This document shows, in pieces, positions 36,901-51,931 of a DNA stretch of 64,000 nucleotides. A model generated the notes under the pieces. It saw only the letters and a list, made by a program, of their open reading frames with translations, did not search any database and was not told where the DNA came from. The position numbers were made by a program, and so were the translations under genes. This DNA is from Thalia democratica. Lineage: Eukaryota. How positions within the stretch are numbered: the first letter of the stretch is position 1; every line of letters begins with the position of its first letter. Location: assembly GCA_965202585.1 (NCBI GenBank), contig OZ241830.1:75206001-75270000 (forward strand), in the 5' to 3' direction.

Positions 36901-39900
36901 TTAATTAAACCTTTAAAACTACTTTTACGTTTAATTCATATGTATATAGTAAAGTTTAAAAATCAACAATAACTTAACCTTGCTATTTGATAAGCTCTTA
37001 GACTGCTAATAAAAAGACTTTATATTCATAATTAATGTCTTAACTTATAAAAACTTTATTAAACAAAAGTAAGCTGTATAAAAAAACTAACTTTTTTCAA
37101 ATACTTAATCATCTTATGTATGATTAAATTTAGTTTAAATTTAAATGGCTCGATACATTATTTAAAAAATCTATAAATGAATAAACATCTGTAAAACTTT
37201 CAGTTAAGTAACGTAACTAAAACTTTTTATTGAGAGTTAAAGATTGTTTTTGTCAGGTTTATTGCAGACTTTTGCAAACTAATAGTTTTGTTTTTACTTC
37301 AAACAAAACTGATTAATATGCGTAAGCCAACAAAAAAGTAAAACAATCTTTAATTTCTTAATAACTAAACTTTTCGAACTAAAAAAAACGATCTAGTAGT
37401 TAAACTTTCACAATACTTAATAACAACTGTTAAAGTCAATATTCATTACTGGCTTTTTGACATGCTATAAACTACCTAACAAAATAAAAACTGATGTTTT
37501 TAAGTAACTATTAAAAATCTTCAGTGTGTGTTTATCTGTTGCGGACTAAAGCAGTTTAAAAGTTCTGTTTTAATTTCAAACAAAGCTTTTATTCTGCTTA
37601 AGCCAAGAACAATATGTAAATCTGAAAATTATAAACACAAGTTCGTTCATAGTTCATAATGAGCTTATACTGAAAATTCCTATTATCCTATTTTTAATGA
37701 AATACCAGATAACAGCAGTTTACTTAAAAGTAGAATGTATTCTGACAAGTTACATCTACAAAAGCAACTCACATATACTAGTTGTTTGTGAATTGTTTTT
37801 GTAGATAAAGCTTATCGAATATTTTTTTTTGTTAAACTGCATGTAGACATTTGAATTTACTTTTATAGGTTTAATAAATGCCATACATGCAACAATCTCA
37901 TAAATGGTATGTATTAAACTATAAAAATAAACCAACAGCTTAGGATTGCTTAATTCTCAATGACTTTTGAAAGATTGGCGGTAGTTTTTATCTTCAGTTT
38001 TATTAAAGTGAAATAACCAGGTATGATTGGTTGATTTTTAGCCCACGTGAACAGTTTAAGATATTAACTCGTGTTTGGAAACTGTTATATTCTTATACCT
38101 TCTTTAATTTGAACTCAAATATACAAGTTTTTCAGATTGTAGAATCGTGACAAAATTTCTCGTGCCAGAAAAATTTAAAACTCGACTTTTGCAGTTTTAA
38201 ATTATTCAGGTGCCAAAAAGCTTGTCAAATTTTTTAATTTTAAAACGTTTTATACACTTTTCTGCTTTGAATTGATCGCAGCCGGAAATAAATTAAAGTA
38301 AGGTTTGTAGAAATTTTATTTACTTAAATAAAAACAATATACCGTAGCAATTTATTGAAACAAGTAGAATGTATGCTAACAATCTCTTTACTAAAACATA
38401 TCACAAACTTCAAATGTTTGTCTGTGAAATGGGCTAGTAAAAAAATTATCGCACATTTTTTATTATAACTGCTGCATAAGAATACCTGTTTAAAAACTAA
38501 TCTCCAATTTTTAGTTATTTAGAATCTGAACTTGTATAGAAAGATAAGCTGTATGGAGTAGACTTTAGAAAGTTTTTTATTTAAAACAAGTTTATAAAAC
38601 TACATATCAACGAGTCTTCAGAAGTAAAGTTTTTGCAACCAAAAAGTAATTTGTAACTGGATTATTATATACTTTATTCTTATAATCCAGCTAAAAATTA
38701 CTGCTGGTAACAAAAATATTATCATAGTAAAAGTATTTAGGTTGAGCAAAATCAATGTTTTTAAATTCACTTGCAAATTCAAAACGAATAAACTAATCGC
38801 AAATTAAATAAAAATACTAAATTGTCTTTTAATACTTTGTTTTATTTTAAATTACAGATAAAAAATTTACCGTCAGAGAATGTTTCAAGTTCGAAATTTA
38901 AAACTAAAAATGAATTCTTTATCCAAAAGCTGTTTAATCTTAATAAAGAATTTTCTTGCCAAGTTTTTTACTGCTAAACAATTTAATTTTTTTCTTTAAA
39001 CAAAATATCTAAACCAACATAGTTAACAGCAAATATTCAATCTTAAACTCAAAAATATTAAAGGGTAAACTGCTGCCCGCGGGCCAAATTCTATTTTCCA
39101 GCGGTTATTTGTTCAACTGTTTACTAAATAACAATAAGTAGAGGTGATTGGCTTTTTACAATTCAGGTTCACACAACTGTAAAATATTACAAAAACTAGT
39201 AAACGTAGAAAGTTGAAATAGTTTACGTTAACTTTTAAAGTAATCATGTATGCAATATTCTCATTGATGATTACTTAAAAGTTTAAAAAAGCCAAACAGT
39301 ACAGTCTCTGTTTCAAACAACAATCTGTAAAATTTTTGAAGAAGCACTGACAAGGTAGTATGATGTCACAATTCAGATCAAAAATCGAACACGTCACTAT
39401 TTGACGTTGGAAAAAAAATTTATGATGCTCATAAAGTAGTTATTTTATGGACAATATTTATCTCAGTATTATACTTTTTCTTAGAGTAATTTTGACTTAT
39501 GATTATAACAGTTTAACAACTCTGTTTACCACTTGAAACATAGTTATTAAACTGTGATAGCCAAGAGCAAATTGTAAATAATTTAATTTTTGACAACCGA
39601 ACTGCTTGACTAAAAGACCTTTTTTACTTTCTCTGCGGTCTATAAAACTTATGAATACTAAAAAAATATTCAATTAAATTTTTTTTATACTTGAAGCATA
39701 CTTAAATACCAAATATAATAGTTTGATAAGGTTTTCCGAAATATTCTTCCTAACACTTCAAGTCATCTATAATTAGTTTTTAAATCCGTATTAAGTAACT
39801 TGACTTGTTGTTAAGTTTTGTTGAAAATTCAACCAATTGCTTCGGAAAAGTAAGAAACACATATTATTTTAGTTTCAAATATTTTTTATTTGCTTTTCTG

Positions 39901-42900
39901 CATCAAGTAGCAATGTATGATAGTTTATTAGTATTTATTGTTCGTTTTTAAACTTCACCGTTATAAGTTCCCTTTTTTGTTTTGTAGGAAGTTTTTTTAG
40001 TTTCTAAGCAATAGTAACTGCCTGATTTCTTTTTAAATTAAAAAATATGGCAGCTGCTCTTGCTAAGAAATTATAAAAAAATTAATAACAGTTCTGTTTT
40101 ATGGATCAGTTTGTTATAAACCTTCAAAATATTAATTTTTCAGTATACTACAACAATATAATCAATATTAAAAAAAATATTAAAACACTTACCCGTTTTA
40201 CTGACATCAAGTTTTGTTGATGATTTTTATCTCTATTCTTCACAATAGTAAGCAACATATAATAAAGTACAAAACGAAATATGTTAATTACCATTGTGGA
40301 GAAATTAGTAAAATATTTCAATATTAAGTTTGAATGAATAAATACCAAATTTAGTCATCGAAACAACAACTATAACAACAACAACAACAAGAGTTTTACA
40401 TTTTATTATTAGACAACTAATAACTGACTTGATATCAAGTATTTTTAAAAGCTTTTGCTAATTTCTACACAAAAGTAAGTATCATTTTTCGTTTTTATCT
40501 AGAAATATGGCATCAACTCTCGTAAAGAAATAGGAAATATTTTAACAACAAGTGAGTGAGTTTTTACCTTTTAATATTTAATCGCTTTTAAGCTAAATCA
40601 AAAAATTCATAAACTATTTTACAAAACTTTACCAAACTACACCTGGTAACTTGATTCGACCTCAAGCTTTGTTGAAAATGTTCGAAAATTTCTGCACAAA
40701 AAATAGTAACACAATTTTAAAATCAATACGGAATATTTTACGCTTACCTTTCTGAAGAAGTTATCTAAACATTTTGCTACGTTTTTATCGTTTGCTATTT
40801 GAAACCACTATTTCTAGATCACAAGAACAACTTTAAAAATATTTTATAAAGTTATCAAAGTACTCACCCGTTAGGCTGTCAATGTGTTCTCAGTAAAGCC
40901 CATTCCGTTAATTTCCAAAGTTACCTCCAAAGTCCATCTTAGAAATACCGCAAACTAAATTATAAGTCTCAACATGTTATGAATGTACAACCGAATACAC
41001 GGTTTTTTATACCTGAAAAAGTGAGAAGTGGCGAAAAAAGAGAATTTAATGAAACAAACAAAAAATAAGTTGGTTTCCGCGTCAACGTCTAGAATACACG
41101 AAAATTTTATATTTTAATCAGACGCGTCGTCGTCAATTCTTTTGTGTGAAAAAGTCGCTGAAATATTTTCGATGTTTTTTCTATAAGAGCTTCTCGTACC
41201 AACTTCTGAAATTTATCATAAACAAGTTTTTTTGAATACATTTATTTTGCTGACGTCTATTTTAAGTTTAAAAATAGATATGTCATAATAGTTTATTTTA
41301 CTTGTTACTCCTTAAAACTGTAGTTAATAACTGTATCAAGTTTTAATGTATAAAACTTGTACTTATATACATATAACATTTTAAATGTTGACATAAATAG
41401 GAAGCATTTTCGATATACATACTTTGGTTGCGGACCTTAATTTCAAAATAGACTTTTTTAATTGTTAAAGGTTATTACAAAAGCACTTTTATTTGCCTTT
41501 TTAACCGTTTAAAATTCTTAGATACTTACATTTAGAAAATAATACAAAGTTTTTTAAAATAACAGCTTCACTACATGCTGTATAATGTTTTCACAAAATC
41601 TCATTTTTTGCTAAATCATATTACTAGCTAAGTTGAAATATTAATACTATACACACTTTTAAACAAAATTGAAAGTATCTAGAAAGTAAAGCTCATCAAA
41701 TAAACAATGTTCTAAAATAATAAGTTTATAATTTACAATGCGTTTGCTTTAATTCTCGATATTTTGGTTTTTTGAAAGTTTTAACTTAAACAATAAGTGT
41801 GATCAAAATCTTGTATTTAGTAAACTTTAATAAATTTTTTTGATCAAATATTGTTGATGAATTGTTTTTTCGAGACATTATATTAAATAATAAAGTAAAC
41901 AAGTTTAACTGTTATCATTTATACATTTTAGTTATGTAGCTGTTTGTAACTAGTTTATAAAACCTAAGGAGCAAATTTCTTTAACAACTGTCAAAATAAA
42001 GAGTTTTGTGTTAATTTTTAAAGTTTTCTGTTATAAACATCCCAATATAAAAATTTTATTACTACTTATACTATTCATTCACATAACAATTAACTCAAAA
42101 GAAATTCGAATTGTCATAAACTTTCAGTTTACCTAGTTTAAATATGATTAAAAATATCAATCTTCGATTTGGTCGTACCTCTTACAATTTACTTTAACTG
42201 TATTTTGGTAAAACTTATTGTTTACTGAATATTATCAGTACTTAACTTCAAACAAAATCGTACTAATGTAGTTAATTGGTAATTAAGCATTTATCGGCTT
42301 GAAAATTTATTATTATAGTTTATTTTAGTCTAAATTTTTTAATTTCGATAAAGTTCTGCTTCAGTTTTAGAGCTCAGTAGTGACATCGTTGTCGGCCAAA
42401 TTCGAAAAACAAATTTTCAAGTTGCTCAGACTGCAAATAAAGCTAAAATGAAAATAGTTCAGGCCTACACAGATTTCAACTTATATGTCTTGTAGAAAGT
42501 GCAGAAAACTTAAAATTAGTTATTTAAGTAAACTTTTAGGAAGTAAGATGAGGTTTGTGTTTTATATAAAAGTTATTACATTTTTTATGACACTATAGTA
42601 TGCTGTTAATGGCTGGATCTTAATCATTAACTTTATTCATAAATTGACACATTAAGTAATGCTTTAATTATTTTTTATCGTTATATAGGATAACTTAAAC
42701 AACTGTAATTAGATGTGTTTTTACAATTTAACACAAGTTTTTGAATAAAAAATACTGTCCTAAAATTTTTATGTAAGAATTTAATTTAACTCATTTAGTT
42801 GCTAATGTTAAAAACTTTGAAAATCAATCCAACAAACTTTTAATACTACTGAAAAACTGTGTTAAACTTTATAATTTTCTTTGACTTGTGTTAACATTAG

Positions 42901-45900
42901 TACGAAAAAAAATTAAATCAAACTTGGTATTAATTGAAACCTTAACCTTTACTTGTTGAGAAGTGTACAAACTGTTGTAAAAATAACTTTCTTAATTTTT
43001 AGATGAATTTGTGTCTACATTTTGCTGATTTATAACTTTTTTTTGTTAAAGCCTAGTTAAAAACACATAATTTTTCTTTTCGATAAACTTGTAATTTGTG
43101 AATAATATTAAAAACTTTAGAGTAAAGTTTATCATTTTTAAAATCACTTTTAGTTTGCACAAAACAAGTTATATATAAAAAACTGACTTTATAAGCTGAA
43201 ATCATTAAAATGTACTTATTAGGAAATATTGGTAATTTTTCAGGTGTTTAATAATTTTACGACAAACTTTTTTTAAATTTTGTAGACTGAGATTAAAAAT
43301 TATGATCTAGAAGCTTTTATTGTCTCATTTAAACAAAAAATGATTTTCTATAGAACAGATGTTAACTTTCTTTGTTTGTATGTTGTGCAAATGTTTTTTG
43401 TTCATAACAACTAAGCCTCTCAGTGATAAATCTATTCAAATCATGTCTTTACTGCTTAAACAAAAGATAAATTTCTAATTTTACATGTCATACAAGTACT
43501 TTTTCTTTGTGCAATAATTTTAGAAACATAACAAAAAAACATTTAAAAATATTCTTAAGCATGAAAGTGTTTATGTAAAGCTTTATAAATTTATTCTTAG
43601 AATAGAAAATTCTTTGTTTAAAAAGTCAATTAAGTTTTAAAAAGTTTAGAAAAGAATCAATAAACACCTGTACAAAATATTCATATTTCTACATATTTTA
43701 ACGGTGCTTCAAGCTTTAATTAAATGCTGAAAACTTTTTAATACTATAAGTTTAAGTACTTTAATGTACTAAGTTTTTTGAAAGACCGTTCAATGAAAAG
43801 TAATAAAAATTGTTCAGTTTTTACTGAGATTCTTAACTTCTACAATACTCACCTGAGACCTATGTGTTATAATTAAGTGAAGCAAACTGAGCTTTCAACA
43901 TCATAAAATTAGCTTTGATATCGCAATGGAGTATAAAAATAATTAATTAAAACAAATTTCATAACATACGATATATATTTCTTGCTTGTTTACTGACAAG
44001 TTTTATGTCATCATTGTACTAACTAATTAATAAAACAAATGTTTTACTCACGGAAGTAGTTTCTTTATAAGTAATGACGTTTTTCTGCCCATAATATTTG
44101 AACAGCTCTACGCAGTGAATGTTATAAAAATTACAAAATTAGCTTGCAAAGAATTTTTTGTTTAACGTATATACTGCATTTAAATATGTCTTATTTGTAT
44201 GCCAATGAATTTTTGAAATTAAAAACAAGAGTTTGTTTAAAGGACGAGGTAAACTGAATGTTAGTAACTTAAAATGCGTTTTAATCAACAACCTAATATT
44301 TTGATAAACGCATACTTCAGATTTAATAAAATTTGTCTTTATCAAGTAGTAATAAAAAATACAATACATTTAGAACATGACGTACAAAAATGGTTTGTGA
44401 AATCGTGTGTTGTAGAACGTACTTTATAAGGTTTCAGATTTTTAAAGCAGCTCACTTTTTATGAACGGAAAAACTTTGTTAGTTAAATTATCTTCTACAT
44501 CATTGTATATAAATTCAAAAGCATTCTGAAATAAAAATAAAAGATCATTTTAAGTTTGTTAAGGTTTTTAATTAGTGCTAATACACGTATGAAACCATTA
44601 TATTTTATAAAATTAGCTAAAAACTTTTATATTAATTTATTTTTAGTTTGGTTAAATATGTAAAAAAATATTTTAAAAATAAAATTTATTTTTTAAAACA
44701 ATTTGTTTAAACTGTATTTTTTTAAATATACATTTTTAACATAAAACGAGGAATTATGAATAAAATATTTGTGTTTTACATAAAGTTGTAGTAAATTGTA
44801 AGTAGCATGTAAATCTAGAGTAAAATTTCATGTTCGTTTAAACAACTTTAAAGCTATTTTTTTCTTACTAAAATAAAATGAAGTAGCTAACATAAACTTA
44901 AAAGGTAGTGTGAATAAGTGTTAGGCAAATTCAAAGGTATTTTTTGATCAAATAGAGTTTTTACGATATCTGATTTATATTGTGTCATATGTATAAAAAC
45001 AGCTTTACTTGATAATAGAACTTCAACTTTTCGTTGTGCGGATATTTTTGAACAGATAAAAATTAATACAAAAAGCATGTAAACAACAAAAAGCCATTAA
45101 AATTATTTTTCACTAAACAAACGGCACACTCAAAATTTCCACAAATGTTTTTTATCTTTATTTATTTTTGTAATTTTCCTTTTTTATTTATTAAATATTT
45201 TCCATTTCCCTCAGTTGGTAAGAAGTTCTTAGATTTGATTGGGTGGGAACTGGGCGCAGGTTAGAGAGTGGCTTCCGAATAAACAACAAGTACCGTTCTA
45301 TATGTCCGACTAGTTATTTTAGCAATATACTTTTTAGGTTGTGGAGTTTCATCACATTTAGACCTTTCTAAAGTGTTTTTTAACAAAACATACTCATATA
45401 AAACTGTATATGGTAATGTTTTTTTTTTTGTGAAAGTTGTTTGAGTATTTGGTGTTGAAAAGATTGAAATTTTTTTGTTTCTATATAACTATATTTCAAA
45501 TGTTTTAAACCTGAATAACAGTGTTGATATGTATCAGTATTTACTATAATTACTTTAAATTTGTTTTAACAAAGCATTTTTATCAAATAAAAAAGAAAAC
45601 TGAGTTGTAAATTGTTAAAATTGTAAATTCAAAAATAATTGTATACAATTATCTAGTTATAAATCGAATTGTTTTATGATTGACAAAAAATAAACGCTCA
45701 AAACGTTTAGTCCAAGGACCTGGATTACAAAAATATCAAGAAATTAATTAATTTTTCTAAATATAAACATAAGAAACTTAATTAGCTTTTATTATATCTA
45801 TTTGTCTTTTTTAAATAGTATTTACAGTAGAATAGGAGTGGATAACGTACAATCGTCGGTATACCTGATGTGTTTGTTAACCTAAAGTAACTTGTAAGCA

Positions 45901-46435
45901 AGTTTGAGTTTCTATAACTATTTTGAATTGAATTATATAATCGTTTTCAGTATAATAGTGTTGCTTACTAAACAATAATTTATTACAGCTTTAAATTTAA
46001 ACAGTCTTTTTAATTTATATGAAATACTACGTTCTATTTATGCATTATGCTGCGTGCCCACAAGTTAGGGCCATGACATTAAATAACAATTACCATAACA
46101 AATTTCTTTGAATTCTGATCACATCCAATGGCCTCGCATCATATTGGAAACTATATTATTTTGGATGAAGGAAAATATTAAAATGAACCTAAAAGTTCTG
46201 AATATTTGTCACTAAAAGAGCTTCTGATATTTCATTAAACGTTAGTTTGATTTGATAATACTTTGGAAACATTAGTTTAGCAGATTTTTTTATTTAAAAA
46301 TTCCGATTACTTTTATACTAAACTGTCACAAAAAGTATTAACAAAACTTTGTTTATTATTATTATTGTTATTATTATTATATTATTGTTAATAACTTTTG
46401 TGGTAAAACATTGGTTGTACTTTATATAGGTAAAA

Positions 46436-46604
46436 NNNNNNNNNNNNNNNNNNNNNNNNNNNNNNNNNNNNNNNNNNNNNNNNNNNNNNNNNNNNNNNNN
46501 NNNNNNNNNNNNNNNNNNNNNNNNNNNNNNNNNNNNNNNNNNNNNNNNNNNNNNNNNNNNNNNNNNNNNNNNNNNNNNNNNNNNNNNNNNNNNNNNNNNN
46601 NNNN
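46436..46604. other. Assembly gap (169 N)
   Basis: Run of N, preceded by (TTA)n low-complexity sequence. Confidence 1.
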
Positions 46605-48454
46605 ATCTTTTTTTATTTGTAAAGATTAATTTACTCAAAATTTAAAAATCTATTAACTCTCTCAATAAGAAATTATTTTGCATTAGTTTTTTCTTAAAGC
46701 TCAATTGGTTTTTCAAACATTTGTTCATGAGTTAAGCTTTTTTTTCAGTTTAATATCAAACTTTCAGTTTGTAAACTTTTTTAAAATTGTTCAGTTTAGG
46801 TTGAACCTTAAAAAAAATTGATAAAAATACGAATTTTTTTTAAAGATTTTAAGGTATTTAACTTTTTTAATACTTTATAACTGAAAGTTTGCTAATTTTG
46901 CTTCATTTAAAATAAAATTCAACTTAATAATCATTGTTTAAAACAAAATTAAAGTTAAGAAACAAAGTATAACTTTAATACTGTAAATCTAATTTCTATA
47001 ATTTTGCCTTTTTGCTGATTGGGCTACTTAATAATGTTTTTAGTGTTTCCAATTACTTTATAGAATTAGTTTTATGAGTTTGTCAAAACTAAAGATACTT
47101 TTTTTGTGAATTAAACTTTGTTTCACATTAAAATTTGACTATTTTCTAGAAAAACTTGTTTAAACATTTTCTAAAATTAACTTTTGTGTTTAAGTAGAAT
47201 AGTAAAGACTACTAGCAGCATAATTAGCTTTATTAAAAGCTTAATTATATTTATCATTTTTAATAAAACTTTTAAAGAATTAAATACTCTTACTTTTTTT
47301 GTGTTATATATTTGAAAAATATTTATATGACTAATTTTTATTTAAAAAAATAATACATATATGTGCATGATTTTATTTTTATACTCTTTCTATATAACAA
47401 TATACTACAAAAATATGTTTCACTTTTACATAATATACATGAGCTGTTTAATTAAAATTCAGAAATTAGAATGAAGCTGCAAATACGCAAATAGAAAACT
47501 TTTAAACACTGTAATTAATTAATATAGTAGTTTGAGTATTCAAACAATATATAACTAAGATATCAAATGATAAGTTTCAAAGTATTGGATGATTATAATT
47601 AATGTTCTAGACAAAACGTTAAAAGGTATCTGTGGTGTGAGACTCGAAAACCATAAGATTCTTTGTGCACCAGGTCCTAGGAACAAACTTTTTGAGCTTT
47701 TGTCGTTCAATAAACAATATATAATGTCATAATGTTTAGAAGCATAACATTATTTATAAATAGTTTGTATATTTTACTTAAGAGCTTTCTTTATTGGAAT
47801 AACGCTACTTGTGTTTTTTTTTTAACTATTTTGATGATTCTTTTGTAAATAAATACATCTGTAAAGTATTTAAACATAAAATGTTGTTTATTACTTCACT
47901 TAACTACTACAATAAGTTGAGAAGCTTAATTTTATATTAAACTTATTATTTTTACGTAAACATTTTTTTAGTTGGTGTTACTTAAAAGTAACATAGATTT
48001 TTTTAATTTTATTCAAGGTAACTTTTTGTATTGTGCTTAAACTAGTTAAATCTTTTATTTAAAATAACAAGTTTTTATGAAAAAAAATGTTATGCTAGTC
48101 TAAAAAGTCTAAATTGATATGTTTTAAAAGTTTAATAACTTTTAAAATTAAAAAACTTAATTTTTTCCTTTTAAGATCATAAAACATCATAAAATTAATA
48201 TTAAAAGTATTGAAATACTTAATTTGTTATTAAGTTGTTTCTATTTAAAAACTATTTTTGTTTTTTTAAACAACTTGATTCTGTACGTATTTTTATAAAG
48301 ATATTTAAAGCAAAACAAAATATAACCTTTATATAATTATTGTTAACTTTTTAGTTTACAATATAACTAAAGTTTGTTATTATTATTAATTATCTCGCTA
48401 AACTTAGTTTTGAGCATCAATTAAATATTAATTTGTATTGTTTATTAAACGACC

Positions 48455-48995
48455 AAAAAAGACGTTCAAAATAATTGGTCCTAGGACTTGGTGCACGAGA
48501 AAACATTTCGGTTATCGAGTCGCACACCACTTGGATACCTTTTACGTCTAGTTCCGGACAATGTGACAAGTTAAACTTATCTTACATGTATACTTACATT
48601 ATGTTTAAAAGCTTGAATTTTTTTAAGTATAAACATTTTTATCTTAACTGTCCTACTTTAAAACATCATTTACGTTTGGCCTCCAAGTTGCGTACAAACG
48701 ACGTCTTTGCTACTATGTGTATATTAAAAATAAAACTAATAGCACAAAAAGGTTTTATCTGTTTGTTTTTTAAAACTTCTTCAAGCTGAAAAATACTACT
48801 TGGCCAGGTACGGTTTGTAAACAACTGTAATTTTTCTAAAATTAAACCCCCTTGTAAATTAAGCAGTCTAGAAGCAAATTTATATTTAACAACAAAAAAA
48901 GCGCTCAAAATATTTTGTCCTAAGACTTGGTGCACGAAACCTTTCGGTTATCGATTCGCACACTACGGATACCTTTTAATATCTTGTCCAGGACC
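48455..48995 (+). repeat. Two copies of an unclassified ~110-bp dispersed repeat
   Basis: Consensus gcgctcaaaa..ttgtcctaggacttggtgcac...ttatcgagtcgcacaccac at about 48455 and 48900. Other copies near 10800(+), 13085-13175(-), 35635(+), 45715(+), 47600-47700(-), 56070(+) and 57515-57600(-). Confidence 0.75.
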
Positions 48996-50234
48996 TATTT
49001 AAATTTTTAAATACTAAACTTAAATATTAAATAAATCAAAAATTAATTTTTTAAATTATAGAATTAGTGTACACATTAAGTTTAACATTTATTACCTTTA
49101 ATATTTGAACTTTTCTATAGACTTTTGTTATGATTTGTTGGTATTTAATGGTTTTACTAATATTTTATTTACAAGTAAAAGCTAAAAACAGCCTATAGAT
49201 AAATAAATATTCAAGCTTTGTAGGATGCTATGTTATTAACATAAGAAGCAGTTTAAAAAGCTAGGTTATTTTACTTTTATAAAAATGCTTTATTTAGTTT
49301 GTTTATTGGCCATAACTAAAATGTTTAATTTGTATCAAATTAAAATGCTCTTTAGTTTTATTTCTTCAACATGGCTTTATATACTACAGACATTGTCAAA
49401 TAACTATTTTATATTCATATTAACAGATGTTAACATTTCATTTGGTCATCTGAATGTCTTCTTTGTGTCCTGAAGCCTGCATAAGCAACATTGACCAGTT
49501 GGTAGAACCTCTCAAAATTACCTGCATGTCTAAGGTTTGTTTGTTTATTTTTGATATATTAAAGACTGCAGCTTTTATCTAAGCTCTTCTCTATTTTCAA
49601 CTTCCAAGTAGAATTATAATTGAAGGTACTTATTACAAACCAAATATTCTGTTTAAAAGTTATTAAAAATTGAATTTTTAACATTAGGTCATTGTAATAT
49701 TTTTGCTTATTTTATTACTATAGTTTTGATAATTTATAGTCAAAACTTTAAAGCTAAGTTTTTTTATAAATAGAGGTCGGGAAATTTTATTTTTATGGTA
49801 CTTACTACGTTATAAAAGTTTTAAAGGCTAATACTATTTAAACTTACCAAAATTTACACCACATTTTTACTAATACAGAGAAAATCAACTTCTTACCTGC
49901 ATAGAATTTTCGATTGAGCTTATAATGATGCGAATCAATAAAATTTCAGTCTATGGATATTTCCTGATCAGTATCCTACTTATCATAATAGTTGAACACT
50001 GTTTTTGTGTTGAATTGAGATTTTTAAAAAACATATTTCTTACTTACTTGTGTATTTATTTTACATTTTATATTCAATTTTAACTTTCATCCAAGACAGT
50101 TAAATAGTAAATACTTTCTTATAAGTATATATGGAAAAATAGTATTTTAAAGATCTAATACCTTTGCCTGTATGGATACTTTATGATTAATTATTTATCT
50201 CAAATAATAATTGAAAACTGGTTTTGTTAGTGTT

Positions 50235-50600
50235 ACTTAGTAATTATGAAAATATATTTCTTGCTTGCACACTAATATATTATTGTAACTTTTTGGTAAT
50301 CTTTTTTGTGTTTTTCTTAAACAAATAAATGGTCTTAGAAACTTTATTTTTTAAACTTGTACAAAAAGATTTTTAAGTGTTAAGTTTTACTTATATAATT
50401 ACCTTTATCCCTATTTTCTGATTAATATTTTATTTATAACATCAACTATACGTTGTTTTTGTTGAATGTTATTTTATGACTATGAAAATATATTTCTTGC
50501 TTGCATACTAAAATACTGTTTTTACTTTTTAGTTAACTATTTGCATTTTTTCAAAATTATTAAGTTTTAAATATTTTATTTTGAAATTTGTTTGATAACA
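50235..50600 (+). repeat. Diverged tandem pair of an AATATATTTCTTGCTTGCA motif repeat
   Basis: Motif at about 50250 and 50488; related copies near 34005 and 43975. Confidence 0.55.
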
Positions 50601-51852
50601 TATTTAAAAATAAAGTCTTCTATTATTGCTGACTTTGCTTTAAATGTTGTTCAGATTTTAGTATTTTAGCTAGCTATTTTATAAACGATAAAAGTTTGTA
50701 TTTGAATTAACACTTATACTCGTGTTTTTCGTTATCCGTATATTTAACTTTTTAAGAGTTTATACGTTTCAAAATCCGTAAAACACAGCAATACCCTTAA
50801 GTTTCATGAATTCAAAATGTCTTAATTAAAACTTTTTTACTTAAAATTTTTATGAAGCACTGCTAAGCTTGTTTAATTTTTTTTAAACAAAAGGTTATCA
50901 CTTTGAAAACCTTTATTTTTAGCGGTAGCAACAAATTAAAAAAATAGTTCGTTAGCCAGGTGTTAAATTAATTTAACTAAAGTAGATCATTATAAAATTT
51001 TTTTAATTGTTTATAAGATATGTTCTATAAAAATAGAGATTTATAATATGTAACTCTATTTTAGATACAGTAAGCACTAGGTGTTTTAAAAACATCCTTA
51101 ACTTTGTTATAATCTGAAATTTAAAGTTACATACACTTGTATTTCGATATATCTATATTCATATTATTTATTTACATCTTAGTGAAACTATTACATACTG
51201 GTATATTTTAGTTCGTACTTCAAAAAAATTTAGCTGTAAAGTATGAAAGTACTTTAAATGAAAATTGTAAAAGATAAAAGCGTTTAAGATTTTTATAAAG
51301 CTTTAAGCATTTAACAAACAGCAAACTATAACTTTTAAATAAAAGATATGCTGTTGTACAGATACATTTAAAAAGCAATTTAGTAATATTTTACGAGGCA
51401 TATTTTAAATTTTTGCTTCTTGTTTCATATAAATTAAGAAAACAAAAATACAAGAATTTTTAAATATTTAACATGCGATCTTTTTGTGTGTGATTCAATG
51501 TAACTTTCAAAAAGCCTACATAAAAGATGTATAAGTAGTTAAAAATTTAAAATACACGATCATAATACTTATGTTTGTGTTACACTTTGGTATTAGTAGT
51601 ACAATCTGTTTAAAATTATTAACTCTTGAAAAAGTTTCGTGTTTTTAAGCATCTAAACGTTTTATATATGTAGAAAAACTAGTTTAAAAATTGTATAAAT
51701 AAATACTTTGATAACACAACGGAACGATATAAACGACTTAGAACAAAATAATTGTAGAAAATAGCGTAAGAAATATTTTAACTAAAGTGTTAAAGTTATT
51801 TCCTGAAGCACTTAAGTTAAAAGAAAGGTTTATTGTATAAGCTTACACTTGC

Positions 51853-51931
51853 ATGACAGTTAATAAAATCATTAAGTTGTTGTTTTCACTTGCATTTTGT
51901 ATTCTTTTGTCGACTGCTTCTTGTGATGAAG
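51853..51931 (+). CDS. Candidate signal-peptide exon of a secreted protein
   Basis: MTVNKIIKLLFSLAFCILLSTASCDE + G|GTTAGT, the same donor sequence as Wnt exon 1. Confidence 0.55.

Noticed and set aside
39300-39440. Faint resemblance to a Tc1/mariner N-terminus
   Set aside because: Several stops, no DDE region or TIRs; too weak to support.
46318-46638. ORFs spanning the N run
   Set aside because: Artefacts of translating the gap.
49926-50085. Hydrophobic short ORF MMRINKISVYGYFLISILLIIVEHC...
   Set aside because: No good donor; hydrophobic frames arise easily in T-rich DNA.
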